From NCBI GenBank assembly GCA_040879435.1, contig JBBDKG010000003.1, positions 1 through 53,289 on the forward strand: DNA of 53,289 bases, read 5' to 3'. Positions 38,567-48,520 of this stretch are shown one piece after another. A program made the translations under genes and the position numbers. Origin of the DNA: Minisyncoccota bacterium. Lineage in GTDB: Bacteria > Patescibacteriota > Minisyncoccia > Phycocordibacterales > UBA918. The first letter of the stretch is position 1, and every line of letters starts with the position of its first letter. The notes beneath the pieces are model-generated. The model was not told where the DNA came from. It did no database searches and saw nothing but the letters and a program-made list of their open reading frames with translations.

Positions 38567-38594
38567 AAACGGCCGGAATTCACCGGCCGTTTTC
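38567..38594. terminator. Bidirectional terminator-like hairpin
   Basis: aaacggccgg-aattca-ccggccgttt. Confidence 0.75.
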
Positions 38595-39679
38595 TAATCC
38601 TCCACCTTTGTCGGCTTCTCGATCGCCAGAACCTCAATATCAATACTATCCCCGGTGATCTTCGCCACATCCTTGTCTATCTTGCCGAGCTCACGCTGTG
38701 CCGCGTTATAGTGGTTCACCGTCGTACCGAGACTGTTCCCCACTTTCTTGAAGTAGTCGTCGTATGCTTTGAGGTGTCGTGAGAGCGCCTCCACATGCTT
38801 CCCGATCTGTTTTGCCGACTCCTCGATCTTGAACGCACGAAAACCATAGAGTACCGATTGCAGGTATGCCGCAAACGTCGTCGGGGACACGATGATCACG
38901 TTCTTGTCCTTGTATGCATAATCAATGAGCGAACGTGTGTTCACTTTAATGGACCCGACCTCGTTCACGAGAAGGTCATAGTATATCGCTTCGGCCGGTA
39001 TATACATGAACGCGAACGGCAAGGTGCCGTCCTTCGGGCGGATATACTTTGCGGTCTCATCGATCCGCTTCTTCAGGTCGTTCGTGAACTCCTTCTCAAG
39101 CACCGCACGATGCTCGTCGTCCTGCTCATCGACCAACCGACGGTAGTTGTCGAGTGAGAACTTCGCATCGACCGGGATCATGCCGTCCTTCGTCATGATG
39201 ACCGCATCAACGATATCGCCGCCATCAAAGAGGTACTGCAGTTTGTATGCGGTCGCGGGGAGCATATTCTCAAGCGCAAGCTGCAGTGACGCCTCGCCGA
39301 GGTTCCCACGCTGTTTTTGGTGCTTCAGTACCTTTTCTAGATTCTGCAGCTGTTCTGCCACAGTGAATACCTGTTTTGATGATTCCGAAACTTCGGTCAC
39401 CCCTTTCACCACACTCCGCAGCTGCTCGTTCACCTCCTTGTTGATCTCCTGGATAAGATGCTTGCTCTCCTGGAACTGCATACGTGCGTTCTCCTGCATG
39501 GTCTTGTTGCTCTCACCCATGCGCGAGTCCATGGTCTGGCGTAGCCGTTCAAGCTGCTGCTGGAGGAGTATCAGCCCATCCGACGATTCCTTCCGCCCGC
39601 TTCGGAAGAATGAGTTGTATACGAGGATGCCAAGTATGACGATCAAGAGTACCAGTACTGCAAGTTGTATCGCTTCCAT
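38594..39679 (-). CDS. rmuC: DNA recombination protein RmuC
   Basis: N-terminal TM plus coiled coil; 'KQRGNLGE', 'PVDAKF', 'AFMYIPAE', 'IVSPTT'. Confidence 0.93.
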   Translation of the reverse strand: MEAIQLAVLVLLIVILGILVYNSFFRSGRKESSDGLILLQQQLERLRQTMDSRMGESNKTMQENARMQFQESKHLIQEINKEVNEQLRSVVKGVTEVSESSKQVFTVAEQLQNLEKVLKHQKQRGNLGEASLQLALENMLPATAYKLQYLFDGGDIVDAVIMTKDGMIPVDAKFSLDNYRRLVDEQDDEHRAVLEKEFTNDLKKRIDETAKYIRPKDGTLPFAFMYIPAEAIYYDLLVNEVGSIKVNTRSLIDYAYKDKNVIIVSPTTFAAYLQSVLYGFRAFKIEESAKQIGKHVEALSRHLKAYDDYFKKVGNSLGTTVNHYNAAQRELGKIDKDVAKITGDSIDIEVLAIEKPTKVED

Positions 39680-39683
39680 CCCG

Positions 39684-42383
39684 CTATTCTACCACCTTCT
39701 CCTGTCGTTCAAAAAACAGCCACTTACTGACCTCGATGATCAAAAGCACGATAACACTGTATCCTGCCACAAGCATCACGTCATAGAGCGGTAGTGGCTG
39801 GTATGAGAGTAGGTACTGGAAGAACGGCACGGTCAATACGATTGCAAGAAGCGACGCACTCACAGCGAACGAGCCAAGGAAAAAGAGGTTCGTTCGAAGC
39901 GGAATGCGCCACAGTGGTGTGGTGAGCGACCGGAACGCGAACGCCATGAACAGTGAGTCGATCGCGATCATGAGGAACATAACGCTTCGCAACTCCTCAA
40001 GCGGTATGCCCTTCAAGCGAAGGAAGAAATACAGTGCGAGCAGCAAGAGACCGTGCACGGTTACCACGAACACGATGAACCACATCATACCGGAAGAGAG
40101 AATACCTTCTTCGTGAATGTCCTGCGGTCGCCGCTTCATCGCATCACGCTCCCCTTTCTCAAACGCGAATGCAAAGCTCATCAAGCCCTCCTCGATCACG
40201 TTCGCCCAGAGGATCTGTGCTGGAAGGAGCGGAGCCGCGCCACCAGTTACAAGCGCCCCAGCGATCAGCACCACTTCCGAGAGGCAGGTCGAAAGCAGGT
40301 ACCCCACGATCTTCCGCAGATTTGCAATGATACGACGTCCCTCCTCGATGGCTGCGTAGATGATCTCGAAGCTATCGTTCACTAACACAAGGTCCGACGC
40401 CTCCTTCGCAACCTCAGTACCTGACCCGACCGCTATGCCGATGTTCGCCCGTCGTAGTGCGGGAGCGTCATTGATACCGTCTCCGGTCATCGCCACGATC
40501 TCCCCCTGCTTCTGCAGTATTTCGGCAATGCGCATCTTCTGCCGTGGGAGTGTGCGGGCGAACACTGATACGTCCTCGAGAAGCAATCTGAGCTCTTCGT
40601 CAGAGAGTTTTTCCAGTTCGTCACCGGTCACTGCTGTGTCGTGCGCACCCGCGATCCCAACAGCGCGTGCGACGGTGAGCGCGGTCTGCGGATTGTCTCC
40701 TGTGATAAGGAGTACCCGCGCCCCGGCACTTTGCACGCCGCGAATGGCACTCGCCACCCGCTTACGCACCGGATCGTTGAATACCAGAATACCCATGAAC
40801 ACGAGATTTCCGGTGAGCATTCGTTCCGGCGGTTCCCTATCCTCCGGTATGGCATCAAACGCCACGTCGCGATACGCCACCGCGACCAGTCGTTTTCCTT
40901 CCTTCGTTTGTGCCGCGATCGCCGACTCATACTGCGCACGGTCCTCCTCGGTCATTGTGCGTGCGCCATGCTCCCCGTAGACGTGTGACGCGCGTGCAAG
41001 CAGGAACTCCGGCGCGCCATTCACACACAACCGGGAACGCGTCTTGTTCTCCGGCACAAGTCCCGCAGCAAAACGATTCTCAGATTCAAATGCAAGGTGG
41101 TCGGTGCGTTGTGCGCGAGATGAATCCTTCTCAGGGTCGATATCGATCTCAAGCGCTGCTTCAAGGATCGCTTTTTCCACCGGATCGCCGTGAAAGATGA
41201 ACTGACCATTAACCTTCTCACGATAGGCGCTCGTGGCAGCGAGCGACGTGTCGAAAATGGCTCGTACGGTCTTGTCCCGCTCCCACGATGTTGGGGACAT
41301 GTTCGTACGATCAGCGTAGATCACTCCGGTCAGCGCCATACGCGCAAGTGTGAGCGTACCGGTCTTGTCCGTCATAACAACGGTCGTCGAGCCGAGGGTC
41401 TCGGCGGCGAGCAAGTTGCGTACCAGACCGCCACGCTTCAACAGGGATTCCATGCCGACCGCAAGAATGATCGTCACCGCAGCCGGAAGTCCTTCAGGGA
41501 TGGAGGCCACAGCGATAGCAATGGACATCAGGAGCATTTCAGTGAGCGGCTGTCCCTGCCACATGCCGATCGCAAAGATGAGCACCGTGAGCACAGAGAT
41601 GATATAGAGCATGATCTGTGAGATGCGTTTCATCTCCTCTTGGAGCGGCGTCATCTCATCGTCAATGTCATGCAGGTCCTGTGCAAGCTGGCCCACGGCT
41701 GTGCTGTCGCCTGTTGCAATAACGACACCTTTCCCGTATCCCTCAACGGCGTACGTTCCCATCCATACCATGTTCGTCCGCTCGGTGAGCGCCTCACCGA
41801 CCGCCAGTAGCTTGTTCTCCTTCCTGACCGGCAGCCACTCACCAGTGAGTGCGGCCTCGTTCATTGCAAGTTTCTTTGTTTCAAGCAGTCGAATGTCTGC
41901 CGGCGCCTGTCCGCCACTCTCGATCACCACGATGTCACCCGGAACAAGCTCATCTGCATCCACCTCGTGTAGTGCACTCCCGCGCACCAGCGTTGCACGA
42001 TGCACTTGTGACTGTGCTAGCTTTTGGAACGCCTTTGACGCTTTCCCTTCCTGCACCACGCCGACCACGATCGCGATCGAAAGCGCAAAGAGAATAACGG
42101 CACTGTCCACGAATTCCTGAAGGGCCAGGGTGATCACGAATGCGATCAGTAGCACGAACACCAATGGACTCTTGATCTGTTTGAACGCCCGCACGAACAC
42201 ACCAGGCTCCCGAACCTCGGTGAACGTATTCCGGCCGTACTTCTTCCGCCTGCGTGTGACCTCCGTTTTTGTGAGGCCCTTTTCCGGATCTACACGCAGC
42301 GCCTCACACACATCCGCAGAGGCGAGTGCATGCCATTCATGGCTGCTTTGCTGGGTCACTTCTAAAGAGCGTGTGCGCGACAT
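39684..42383 (-). CDS. Type II P-type cation-transporting ATPase
   Basis: 'TGE', 'PEGL', 'DKTGTLT', 'TGDN', 'TGDGINDAPAL'. Confidence 0.96.
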   Translation of the reverse strand: MSRTRSLEVTQQSSHEWHALASADVCEALRVDPEKGLTKTEVTRRRKKYGRNTFTEVREPGVFVRAFKQIKSPLVFVLLIAFVITLALQEFVDSAVILFALSIAIVVGVVQEGKASKAFQKLAQSQVHRATLVRGSALHEVDADELVPGDIVVIESGGQAPADIRLLETKKLAMNEAALTGEWLPVRKENKLLAVGEALTERTNMVWMGTYAVEGYGKGVVIATGDSTAVGQLAQDLHDIDDEMTPLQEEMKRISQIMLYIISVLTVLIFAIGMWQGQPLTEMLLMSIAIAVASIPEGLPAAVTIILAVGMESLLKRGGLVRNLLAAETLGSTTVVMTDKTGTLTLARMALTGVIYADRTNMSPTSWERDKTVRAIFDTSLAATSAYREKVNGQFIFHGDPVEKAILEAALEIDIDPEKDSSRAQRTDHLAFESENRFAAGLVPENKTRSRLCVNGAPEFLLARASHVYGEHGARTMTEEDRAQYESAIAAQTKEGKRLVAVAYRDVAFDAIPEDREPPERMLTGNLVFMGILVFNDPVRKRVASAIRGVQSAGARVLLITGDNPQTALTVARAVGIAGAHDTAVTGDELEKLSDEELRLLLEDVSVFARTLPRQKMRIAEILQKQGEIVAMTGDGINDAPALRRANIGIAVGSGTEVAKEASDLVLVNDSFEIIYAAIEEGRRIIANLRKIVGYLLSTCLSEVVLIAGALVTGGAAPLLPAQILWANVIEEGLMSFAFAFEKGERDAMKRRPQDIHEEGILSSGMMWFIVFVVTVHGLLLLALYFFLRLKGIPLEELRSVMFLMIAIDSLFMAFAFRSLTTPLWRIPLRTNLFFLGSFAVSASLLAIVLTVPFFQYLLSYQPLPLYDVMLVAGYSVIVLLIIEVSKWLFFERQEKVVE

Positions 42384-42419
42384 ACTTTATGGTAGTATAC
42401 CGCTATAACCTGAAGAAAT

Positions 42420-42875
42420 ATGTCACTACATGAGGATATACGCAGCTCACTGAAGGAAGCAATGAAAGCAAAGGACGAGGTGAAGCTGCGTACGGTGCGC
42501 AGTATGCTCACCGCGTTCACCAACGAAGCGGTCGCGACCGGCAAGACACCGCAGGACATGCTCACCAATGACGAAGCACTGTTGGTCATCAAGCGTCTTG
42601 CAAAACAGCGCAAGGAATCCATTGTGCAATACGAAGCAGCGAACCGCCAAGAACTTGCGGAACCCGAGAAAGCAGAACTTCTGGTACTTGAAAGCTACCT
42701 GCCGCAACTGATGAGCGAGGAAGAGATCGAACCGGTCGCGAAAGCGAAGATGGAGGAACTCGGAGTAACGGATAAGTCGAAGATGGGTATTCTCATTGGC
42801 GCGGTCATGAAAGAGACCGCCGGAAAAGCCGACGGTGGTGACGTGAAGACTGTGGTGGAGCGGCTTCTTTCCTGA
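42420..42875 (+). CDS. GatB/YqeY domain protein
   Basis: 'AMKAKDEVKLRTVR', 'KQRKESI', 'YLPQLMSEEEI', 'GKADG'. Confidence 0.92.
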   Translation: MSLHEDIRSSLKEAMKAKDEVKLRTVRSMLTAFTNEAVATGKTPQDMLTNDEALLVIKRLAKQRKESIVQYEAANRQELAEPEKAELLVLESYLPQLMSEEEIEPVAKAKMEELGVTDKSKMGILIGAVMKETAGKADGGDVKTVVERLLS

Positions 42876-42944
42876 TGCTATGGAGAGCTGTACAAATTAT
42901 TGATTTCGTGCTATAATAAAAGTAGAAACAGCGGAGTCCAACAC

Positions 42945-43157
42945 ATGGCAACCCAGTTCACACTTGACCAACAGGTCTTCAATGATCTGCTGACAGAAGC
43001 TCGTTGTCAGGTCCGGCGACTCGGACCGACGGCGAACTACACTGAACGGACAATGGCGGTCAGTTCGGTCCTGAAGCGTCATGCACTGGGAGTACTTGAG
43101 CATGCACGCTACAGTAGAGCAGTGTTCGCTGCGATCGTTCGGCCATCTCGACGCTGA
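42945..43157 (+). CDS. Hypothetical protein (ORFan)
   Basis: TGcTATAAT at 42909-17, GGAG 42933-36, hairpin 43167-43192. Confidence 0.55.
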   Translation: MATQFTLDQQVFNDLLTEARCQVRRLGPTANYTERTMAVSSVLKRHALGVLEHARYSRAVFAAIVRPSRR

Positions 43158-43214
43158 ACAACATACAAAGGGCGGGACTTCCCCCGCCCTTTCTGCACCT
43201 TACAGGAGGTAACC

Positions 43215-43733
43215 ATGTCCTTCATTGACATGATCGACTTTCGGAGAGCGTGCGCTATCTGTCCGAAGGTTGATCCTGATGAGTTCAAAGCTGCGATCTT
43301 GGGCGTGTATGAAAAGTGGAGTGCCGACAAGGAAGCGGGTGTCAAACCAGACTTTCACAAGTACTTTGGTTTGACCATTCTCGAGCTTGGTATTGAGTAC
43401 ATGTTCGAGTTTCGTGAATACCAGTTCGCACTCACTGCATACTTCCAGCCGCGTGCAGTACGCAAACGCAAGCAGCAACGCGGAATTCGTATACCACTGC
43501 CCAAGAACCCGGTCGAACATCCAGCAACGTACAACCGTGTCCGCATCCGTATCGACCGAACAGTATCGATCGAATTTAGCGGACCGGCACATCGCAGAAC
43601 CATACGATTGCCGGCTGTGATCGAAGCGTACAAGATCTGGCACGGACCGAAGCATGAGATCGACGACGATGTCTTGCACAGTGCCCGGACACGCGCACTC
43701 GCGGTGATGAACAGTAAGCGTAACGTAGCGTAA
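43215..43733 (+). CDS. Hypothetical protein (ORFan, basic)
   Basis: AGGAGGT 43204-10; terminator 43732-43765. Confidence 0.7.
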   Translation: MSFIDMIDFRRACAICPKVDPDEFKAAILGVYEKWSADKEAGVKPDFHKYFGLTILELGIEYMFEFREYQFALTAYFQPRAVRKRKQQRGIRIPLPKNPVEHPATYNRVRIRIDRTVSIEFSGPAHRRTIRLPAVIEAYKIWHGPKHEIDDDVLHSARTRALAVMNSKRNVA

Positions 43734-43766
43734 AAGCGGAACTAGTCTTTAGTATCCGCTTTTTTG
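43732..43766 (+). terminator. Intrinsic terminator
   Basis: aaaagcgga...tccgctttt followed by a T tract. Confidence 0.75.
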
Positions 43767-43853
43767 TTTGTACGTTTGCAAAGAACAATTTTGTATAGTA
43801 TGAATATCCAAGTTTCAGCGAGTACCCACCATTCCAGCAGCAGGGAGAGTCTA

Positions 43854-44117
43854 TTGATACCGGAAATTTCAGTGATACTGCAAACTTCAAGCGGCAACAC
43901 GCGGACACTTGCCGTAACGGTCGAGCGGCCGAACGACCTCCAGCGCCATGCGGTGAAACGCGCACTGGAAAAAGGATGCAGCAATATCCGGCTGATGCGG
44001 GATACCGATGAGAAGATCACGTACCTTGTCGATGTAGAAGCTGCGCTCGAAGTGGATGCAAAACCAAAGGTCGAAGCGATTCTTGGTCCGCACATCTTTC
44101 GTGACTGCGCAGCCTGA
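43854..44117 (+). CDS. Hypothetical protein (ORFan, probable TTG start)
   Basis: TATAGT 43794-99; GGGAG 43843-47; hairpin 44124-44148. Confidence 0.55.
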   Translation: MIPEISVILQTSSGNTRTLAVTVERPNDLQRHAVKRALEKGCSNIRLMRDTDEKITYLVDVEAALEVDAKPKVEAILGPHIFRDCAA

Positions 44118-44154
44118 ACAATCCGCCCCGCAGCACTGCTGCGGGGCGTTCTTA

Positions 44155-44808
44155 TCACATCACCTCCGCGTCCTCAATACGAAACTCCCCCACTTTCGTT
44201 CTGTGCAACGACTTCAGTGTCGCCGGATAGCCAAGTCGCTTTCCAAACTCTTCTGCGAGTGAGCGGATGTATGTTCCGCTCCCCACTGCAAACCGGACGC
44301 GTACAACTACTCTTTTGCTGACAGTGCTAATACCAAGAAGTTCCGCTTCATGGACCACCATCTCACGGATCGGTACGTCAGTAACTGTATCGCCTCTCTT
44401 CTCTGCCGCACGCGCCCGCTTATACATCGGCACACCGTCCTTCTTGATCGCCGAGTACGCTGAGACCGGCAACGTCAACGTACCCGTCATTTCTTTCAAT
44501 ACCCTGTGTACCGTTGCCTCATCAAGTGCAGTGACCGCCTTCTCTTCCAACACTGCGCCTTCCATATCACCGGTACTTCGCCGCTCCCCGACAAGTATCT
44601 CTGCAAGGTATTCCTTATCCAACTTCACGTAGTCTGTGAGTTGCTTGGTCCCCTCCCCAACACCGATGATCATCAACCCTGAGGCCAGCGGATCCAGTGT
44701 CCCTGCGTGTCCCATCTTTCTGATACCAAGCTTCCGTCGCAGCCTCCGGATCACATCGAACGATGTGATACCAAGCGGTTTGTCTATAAGGAGAATATGT
44801 TCATTCAT
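44155..44808 (-). CDS. truB: tRNA pseudouridine(55) synthase
   Basis: 'DKPLGITSFDV', 'GHAGTLDPLASG', 'GTYIRSLA'. Confidence 0.96.
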   Translation of the reverse strand: MNEHILLIDKPLGITSFDVIRRLRRKLGIRKMGHAGTLDPLASGLMIIGVGEGTKQLTDYVKLDKEYLAEILVGERRSTGDMEGAVLEEKAVTALDEATVHRVLKEMTGTLTLPVSAYSAIKKDGVPMYKRARAAEKRGDTVTDVPIREMVVHEAELLGISTVSKRVVVRVRFAVGSGTYIRSLAEEFGKRLGYPATLKSLHRTKVGEFRIEDAEVM

Positions 44809-44811
44809 AGG

Positions 44812-45774
44812 CTACCCTCGTATGAACAGGAACGCGAAGTACGCCAGATACAACGCGACGAATATCGCACCCTCCGTGCGTGAGATGGTAAAGCGCCTAC
44901 CGAACAGAAGTGCTGAGAGCATGAGGATGAGCGTGGCACCGAACGCCGCAAAGATATCGAACTGCAGAGACTCACGAACCACTATTGGTTTCATGAGTGC
45001 AGTGATACCGAGTATGCCGAGGAAATCAAATACGTTCGACCCGATGATGTTCCCAATAGCGATCGTTGTTTGTCGTTTTGTTACAGCGACAATGGAGACG
45101 GCAAGCTCCGGTACCGACGTACCGATGGCAACGACCGTGAAGCCGATAAGTGCCGGACTCACCCCCAGCATGATAGCGATTACCTCAGCACCGTCGACGA
45201 TCCACTTTCCGCCAAGGAACACCCCAACGAGACCGGCGGACATCAGTGCGACTGAGACGACCCACGAGAACCCTTTAGTATCCAGGCTGTATTCCATCAC
45301 CTGCTTGCGTCTAAGCATGAATAGGATCCAGAGGACAAGAAGCGTCACGAGGAAGAACCCGTCTGCGCGAGAGAGTCCCGCCTCCCCGCTCCCTGCGCCA
45401 CTCATGGTGATCAGGGCCGCGACCACCAGCACTGCGAACATATTGATCGGCAGGTCGTAGACGATCCATGATCGCTTGAAGACGAGTGGCGCAAAGAGCG
45501 CCGAGATACCGAGAATGAATAGTATGTTGAAGGTATTGCTTCCGATGATGGTCGCCAGACCGATGTTGTTTCCTTCAAAGACGGACGCGACATTGATTGA
45601 GAATTCCGGAATGGACGTACCAATTCCAACGATCACCACGCCAATGAACCACGGCGAAAGGCCGAACAGATGCGCGAGTGAGGTCGCGCCGCTAATGAGC
45701 AGATTCGCACCCTTGATGAGGATATAGAATCCGAGCGCAAAGAGTGTCAGTGTGAAAAACACGCTCATGGTCAT
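44812..45774 (-). CDS. Ca2+/Na+ antiporter (CaCA, YrbG-like)
   Basis: Two alpha repeats 'GTSIPE...GSNTFN' and 'GTSVPE...GSNVFD'. Confidence 0.93.
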   Translation of the reverse strand: MTMSVFFTLTLFALGFYILIKGANLLISGATSLAHLFGLSPWFIGVVIVGIGTSIPEFSINVASVFEGNNIGLATIIGSNTFNILFILGISALFAPLVFKRSWIVYDLPINMFAVLVVAALITMSGAGSGEAGLSRADGFFLVTLLVLWILFMLRRKQVMEYSLDTKGFSWVVSVALMSAGLVGVFLGGKWIVDGAEVIAIMLGVSPALIGFTVVAIGTSVPELAVSIVAVTKRQTTIAIGNIIGSNVFDFLGILGITALMKPIVVRESLQFDIFAAFGATLILMLSALLFGRRFTISRTEGAIFVALYLAYFAFLFIRG

Positions 45775-46943
45775 TCAAACAGTGAAAGATACTTGCCGTA
45801 CCCTTCGGTCTCCATCTGCTCTTTCGGTACGAACCGAAGTGCAGCGGAGTTCATACAATATCTGATGCCACCTAATTCTTTCGGCGCATCGTTGAACACG
45901 TGGCCGAGATGCGAATCAGCGATCGCCGAGCGTATCTCGGTGCGCGGCCAGATGAGCTTGTAGTCTGTATGTTCCTTGACCATATCGTATTCGATCGGAC
46001 GGGTGAACGACGGCCAGCCGGTCCCGGAGTCGAACTTGTGTATCGAAGAAAAGAGAGGTTCACCTGAGACAATATCAACGTAGATCCCCTCCTCCTTGTT
46101 GTCCCAATACTCATTCTGAAACGCCGGTTCGGTCCCTTCCTCCTGTGTCACCTTGTATTGCATATCCGTTAGTCGCTCACGGAGTTCTGCCTCGGATGGT
46201 TTGGTGAATGCCTGTGTGTCAGTACGCCACGAAAGCGATGCACCGGTCTCGCTTCCCCAGTGCTCCTTAATAAACGCATCCCGTCCGGATGCGTTCCGGT
46301 AGTATTTGTATTTTAGGCTCGAGATGCCTTTCTTGTAGTAGTCCTGGTGGTACTCCTCAGCAGGCCAGAACTCCGGACGTGGCAGCACATCGACCGCAAG
46401 CGGCTTCTCGTACGGCCCGTTCTCATTCACGTCAGCGATCAACTGTTCGATGATCGCTTTCTGTTCTTCGTTTTCGTAGTAGAACGCCGGTGAGTAATAC
46501 TCACCACGGTCATGGAATGAGCCGTCACCGTCGGTCGGATCCATGTGCTTCATCGCGTAGATCAGTACTTCTTCGAAGGAAACAACATTCGGGTCGTACC
46601 GGACCTCTGCAACCTCACGATGCCCGTTCTGCGCGTAGTTCTGGTACGTCGGATCCTCGTTCGTCCCTTCGGCGTAGCCGGAAACAACCTCGGTCACACC
46701 TGGAAGTTTCTCAAGGTCTGCCTCCACGCACCAAAAACATCCGCCAGCGACGAGCATGGTCGCTGTCTCTTCGGAACGCGTCTCCTGTGGTACTGAATCC
46801 GATGTGCGCTTCGTATCATGTTTCATAACGAATGGTGTGGTAGGTACAGACACCCCGGTGTCGGCTATCCACGCCGGTATCGCTATACCGCTACTGGAAA
46901 ACAAGAACGCTGATACCGTGATGATGTGGAGTAGTAAATTCAT
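45771..46943 (-). CDS. msrAB: Fused methionine sulfoxide reductase MsrA-MsrB with signal peptide
   Basis: 'GGCFWC', 'AEEYHQDYY', 'SGTGWPSF', 'HLGHVF...RYCMNS'. Confidence 0.95.
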   Translation of the reverse strand: MNLLLHIITVSAFLFSSSGIAIPAWIADTGVSVPTTPFVMKHDTKRTSDSVPQETRSEETATMLVAGGCFWCVEADLEKLPGVTEVVSGYAEGTNEDPTYQNYAQNGHREVAEVRYDPNVVSFEEVLIYAMKHMDPTDGDGSFHDRGEYYSPAFYYENEEQKAIIEQLIADVNENGPYEKPLAVDVLPRPEFWPAEEYHQDYYKKGISSLKYKYYRNASGRDAFIKEHWGSETGASLSWRTDTQAFTKPSEAELRERLTDMQYKVTQEEGTEPAFQNEYWDNKEEGIYVDIVSGEPLFSSIHKFDSGTGWPSFTRPIEYDMVKEHTDYKLIWPRTEIRSAIADSHLGHVFNDAPKELGGIRYCMNSAALRFVPKEQMETEGYGKYLSLFE

Positions 46944-46982
46944 ACAAGTGCATGTATAAATGACCTGTACCTACTCTACCAT

Positions 46983-47621
46983 ATGCAGAACCCCCTACCC
47001 ATCGATCCTAAGGCCGCACTCCGCCATTTTAAGAAGTCCGATGAACGCATGGCAACGCTTCTCACATCTGCCCTTGCTACGCCTGCTCCTATTGAACTCC
47101 CGAAGCCAAAGAAGCCCGACGAATTCTTCACCTCCATCGTGCGTTCGATTGTGAGTCAGCAGATCAGCGTGAAAGCTGCTGCGTCAGTATACGGACGTGT
47201 TGAGGCTCTTCTCGGCACAGTAACTGCTGAGAACGTGAACCGGGCAGATGAGGACGAGCTCCGTGCCTGTGGCCTTTCTGGACAGAAGACGCGATACATC
47301 GTGCACAATGCTTCCATCTGGCATGAGGTTCCCACTACATCCTTCAGCGATATGAGTGACGAGGAGGTCATCACAGAACTCACCAAGCTCTACGGCATCG
47401 GCCGGTGGACGGCCGAGATGTTCCTGATGTTCTCTCTCGCACGGCCGGATATATTCTCGTTCGGTGACCTCGGTCTCATGCAAGGTCTCTACCAAAACTA
47501 CGGATACAAAAAGCACTGGCGGCGGAAGGTATTGCAAACTGTTGAAGCATGGTCTCCGCATCGTACTATCGCATCGCTTGTTCTCTGGCATCAGAAGGAT
47601 AATGAACCGGTGGTGTATTAA
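46983..47621 (+). CDS. DNA-3-methyladenine glycosylase II (AlkA-type, HhH-GPD)
   Basis: 'IVSQQISVKAA', 'GIGRWTAEMFLMF', 'GDLGL'. Confidence 0.9.
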   Translation: MQNPLPIDPKAALRHFKKSDERMATLLTSALATPAPIELPKPKKPDEFFTSIVRSIVSQQISVKAAASVYGRVEALLGTVTAENVNRADEDELRACGLSGQKTRYIVHNASIWHEVPTTSFSDMSDEEVITELTKLYGIGRWTAEMFLMFSLARPDIFSFGDLGLMQGLYQNYGYKKHWRRKVLQTVEAWSPHRTIASLVLWHQKDNEPVVY

Positions 47622-47685
47622 TTTGACAATGGTGCAATATAGTGTTTAAGTTGGTTTAAATTCACGCATTTACGGAGGTTTTCTT

Positions 47686-48084
47686 ATGCGCACGGTTCTT
47701 TCGGCCTCTCTTCTGGCTCTGTCGATTGTATTCACAACCGCCGCCGCAAGCGCAGATACGGAATGTACCCTGCTCTGCGGGTCGGACGGGGACGGCAGCG
47801 TTATCTTTCGAGCGCCTGACATCATTCAGCGCCTCAAAGAAGACGTTGATGAACTCGATCTGCTCGTAGCATTTCAGTTCTACAGTTTCAACCAGCGACG
47901 TGAGTGGGTGGCCGGCGTTTCCCTTCGGACAGTCGTCGAAGAGACTCTCCCGAACTACGATCAATACGAAGTTCTCGAGATCTCACACATGGTCCAGACG
48001 GGCGGTGGCGTTCCGAGTGCATACTTCCGCCTTGTCTACATCGAGAACGACAAGATCAATCCACCTGAAGAACTCACCGAGTAA
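47686..48084 (+). CDS. Hypothetical secreted protein (ORFan, SD-led)
   Basis: GGAGGT 47674-79; signal peptide ending 'AASA'; terminator 48096-48125. Confidence 0.7.
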   Translation: MRTVLSASLLALSIVFTTAAASADTECTLLCGSDGDGSVIFRAPDIIQRLKEDVDELDLLVAFQFYSFNQRREWVAGVSLRTVVEETLPNYDQYEVLEISHMVQTGGGVPSAYFRLVYIENDKINPPEELTE

Positions 48085-48095
48085 TCGAAACGCAG

Positions 48096-48125
48096 CCGGC
48101 GCGGACACCTCCGCGCCGGTTTTTC
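48096..48125. terminator. Intrinsic terminator
   Basis: ccggcgcgga-cacc-tccgcgccgg-ttttt. Confidence 0.75.
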
Positions 48126-48520
48126 TATACACCAGCAAGCGTCCGTACTGGTACATGGTCATATTGTCTCAGTGTCTTTCGATGTATTTTGTATTCCGGC
48201 ATCGTCTCGGAAACCAGCGCCCAGAAGTTCGGCGAATGATTGAGTTCCTTTAAGTGGCAAAGCTCATGCACGATCACATAGTCAGCAAGCTCTGGCGGCA
48301 GGAACAGGAGTCGGTAGCTGAAATTGAGATTGCCAAGCGACGTGCAACTCCCCCAGCATCGGCGCTGGTTTCTGATCGCGACCCGTTTGTATGTGAGGTT
48401 GTAGTGCTGGTTGAAGTGCGCCAACCGCGCGTGCACAAGCTCACGCGCGGCCTCCTTGTGCGTCGTATAGTGTTTCGTCACCGAACTGCGACGACGTCTC
48501 CGTACCCGGTACCACCTCAT
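48125..48520 (-). CDS. YgjP/DUF45-like zinc metallo-hydrolase (M48-like)
   Basis: 'NQRRCWGSC', 'YVIVHELCHLKELNHSPNFW'. Confidence 0.88.
   Translation of the reverse strand: MRWYRVRRRRRSSVTKHYTTHKEAARELVHARLAHFNQHYNLTYKRVAIRNQRRCWGSCTSLGNLNFSYRLLFLPPELADYVIVHELCHLKELNHSPNFWALVSETMPEYKIHRKTLRQYDHVPVRTLAGV

Noticed and set aside
42876-44150. Classical integron attC array
   Set aside because: The hairpins lack R''/R' boxes, and the recombinase in the window shows no evident IntI-specific insertion.
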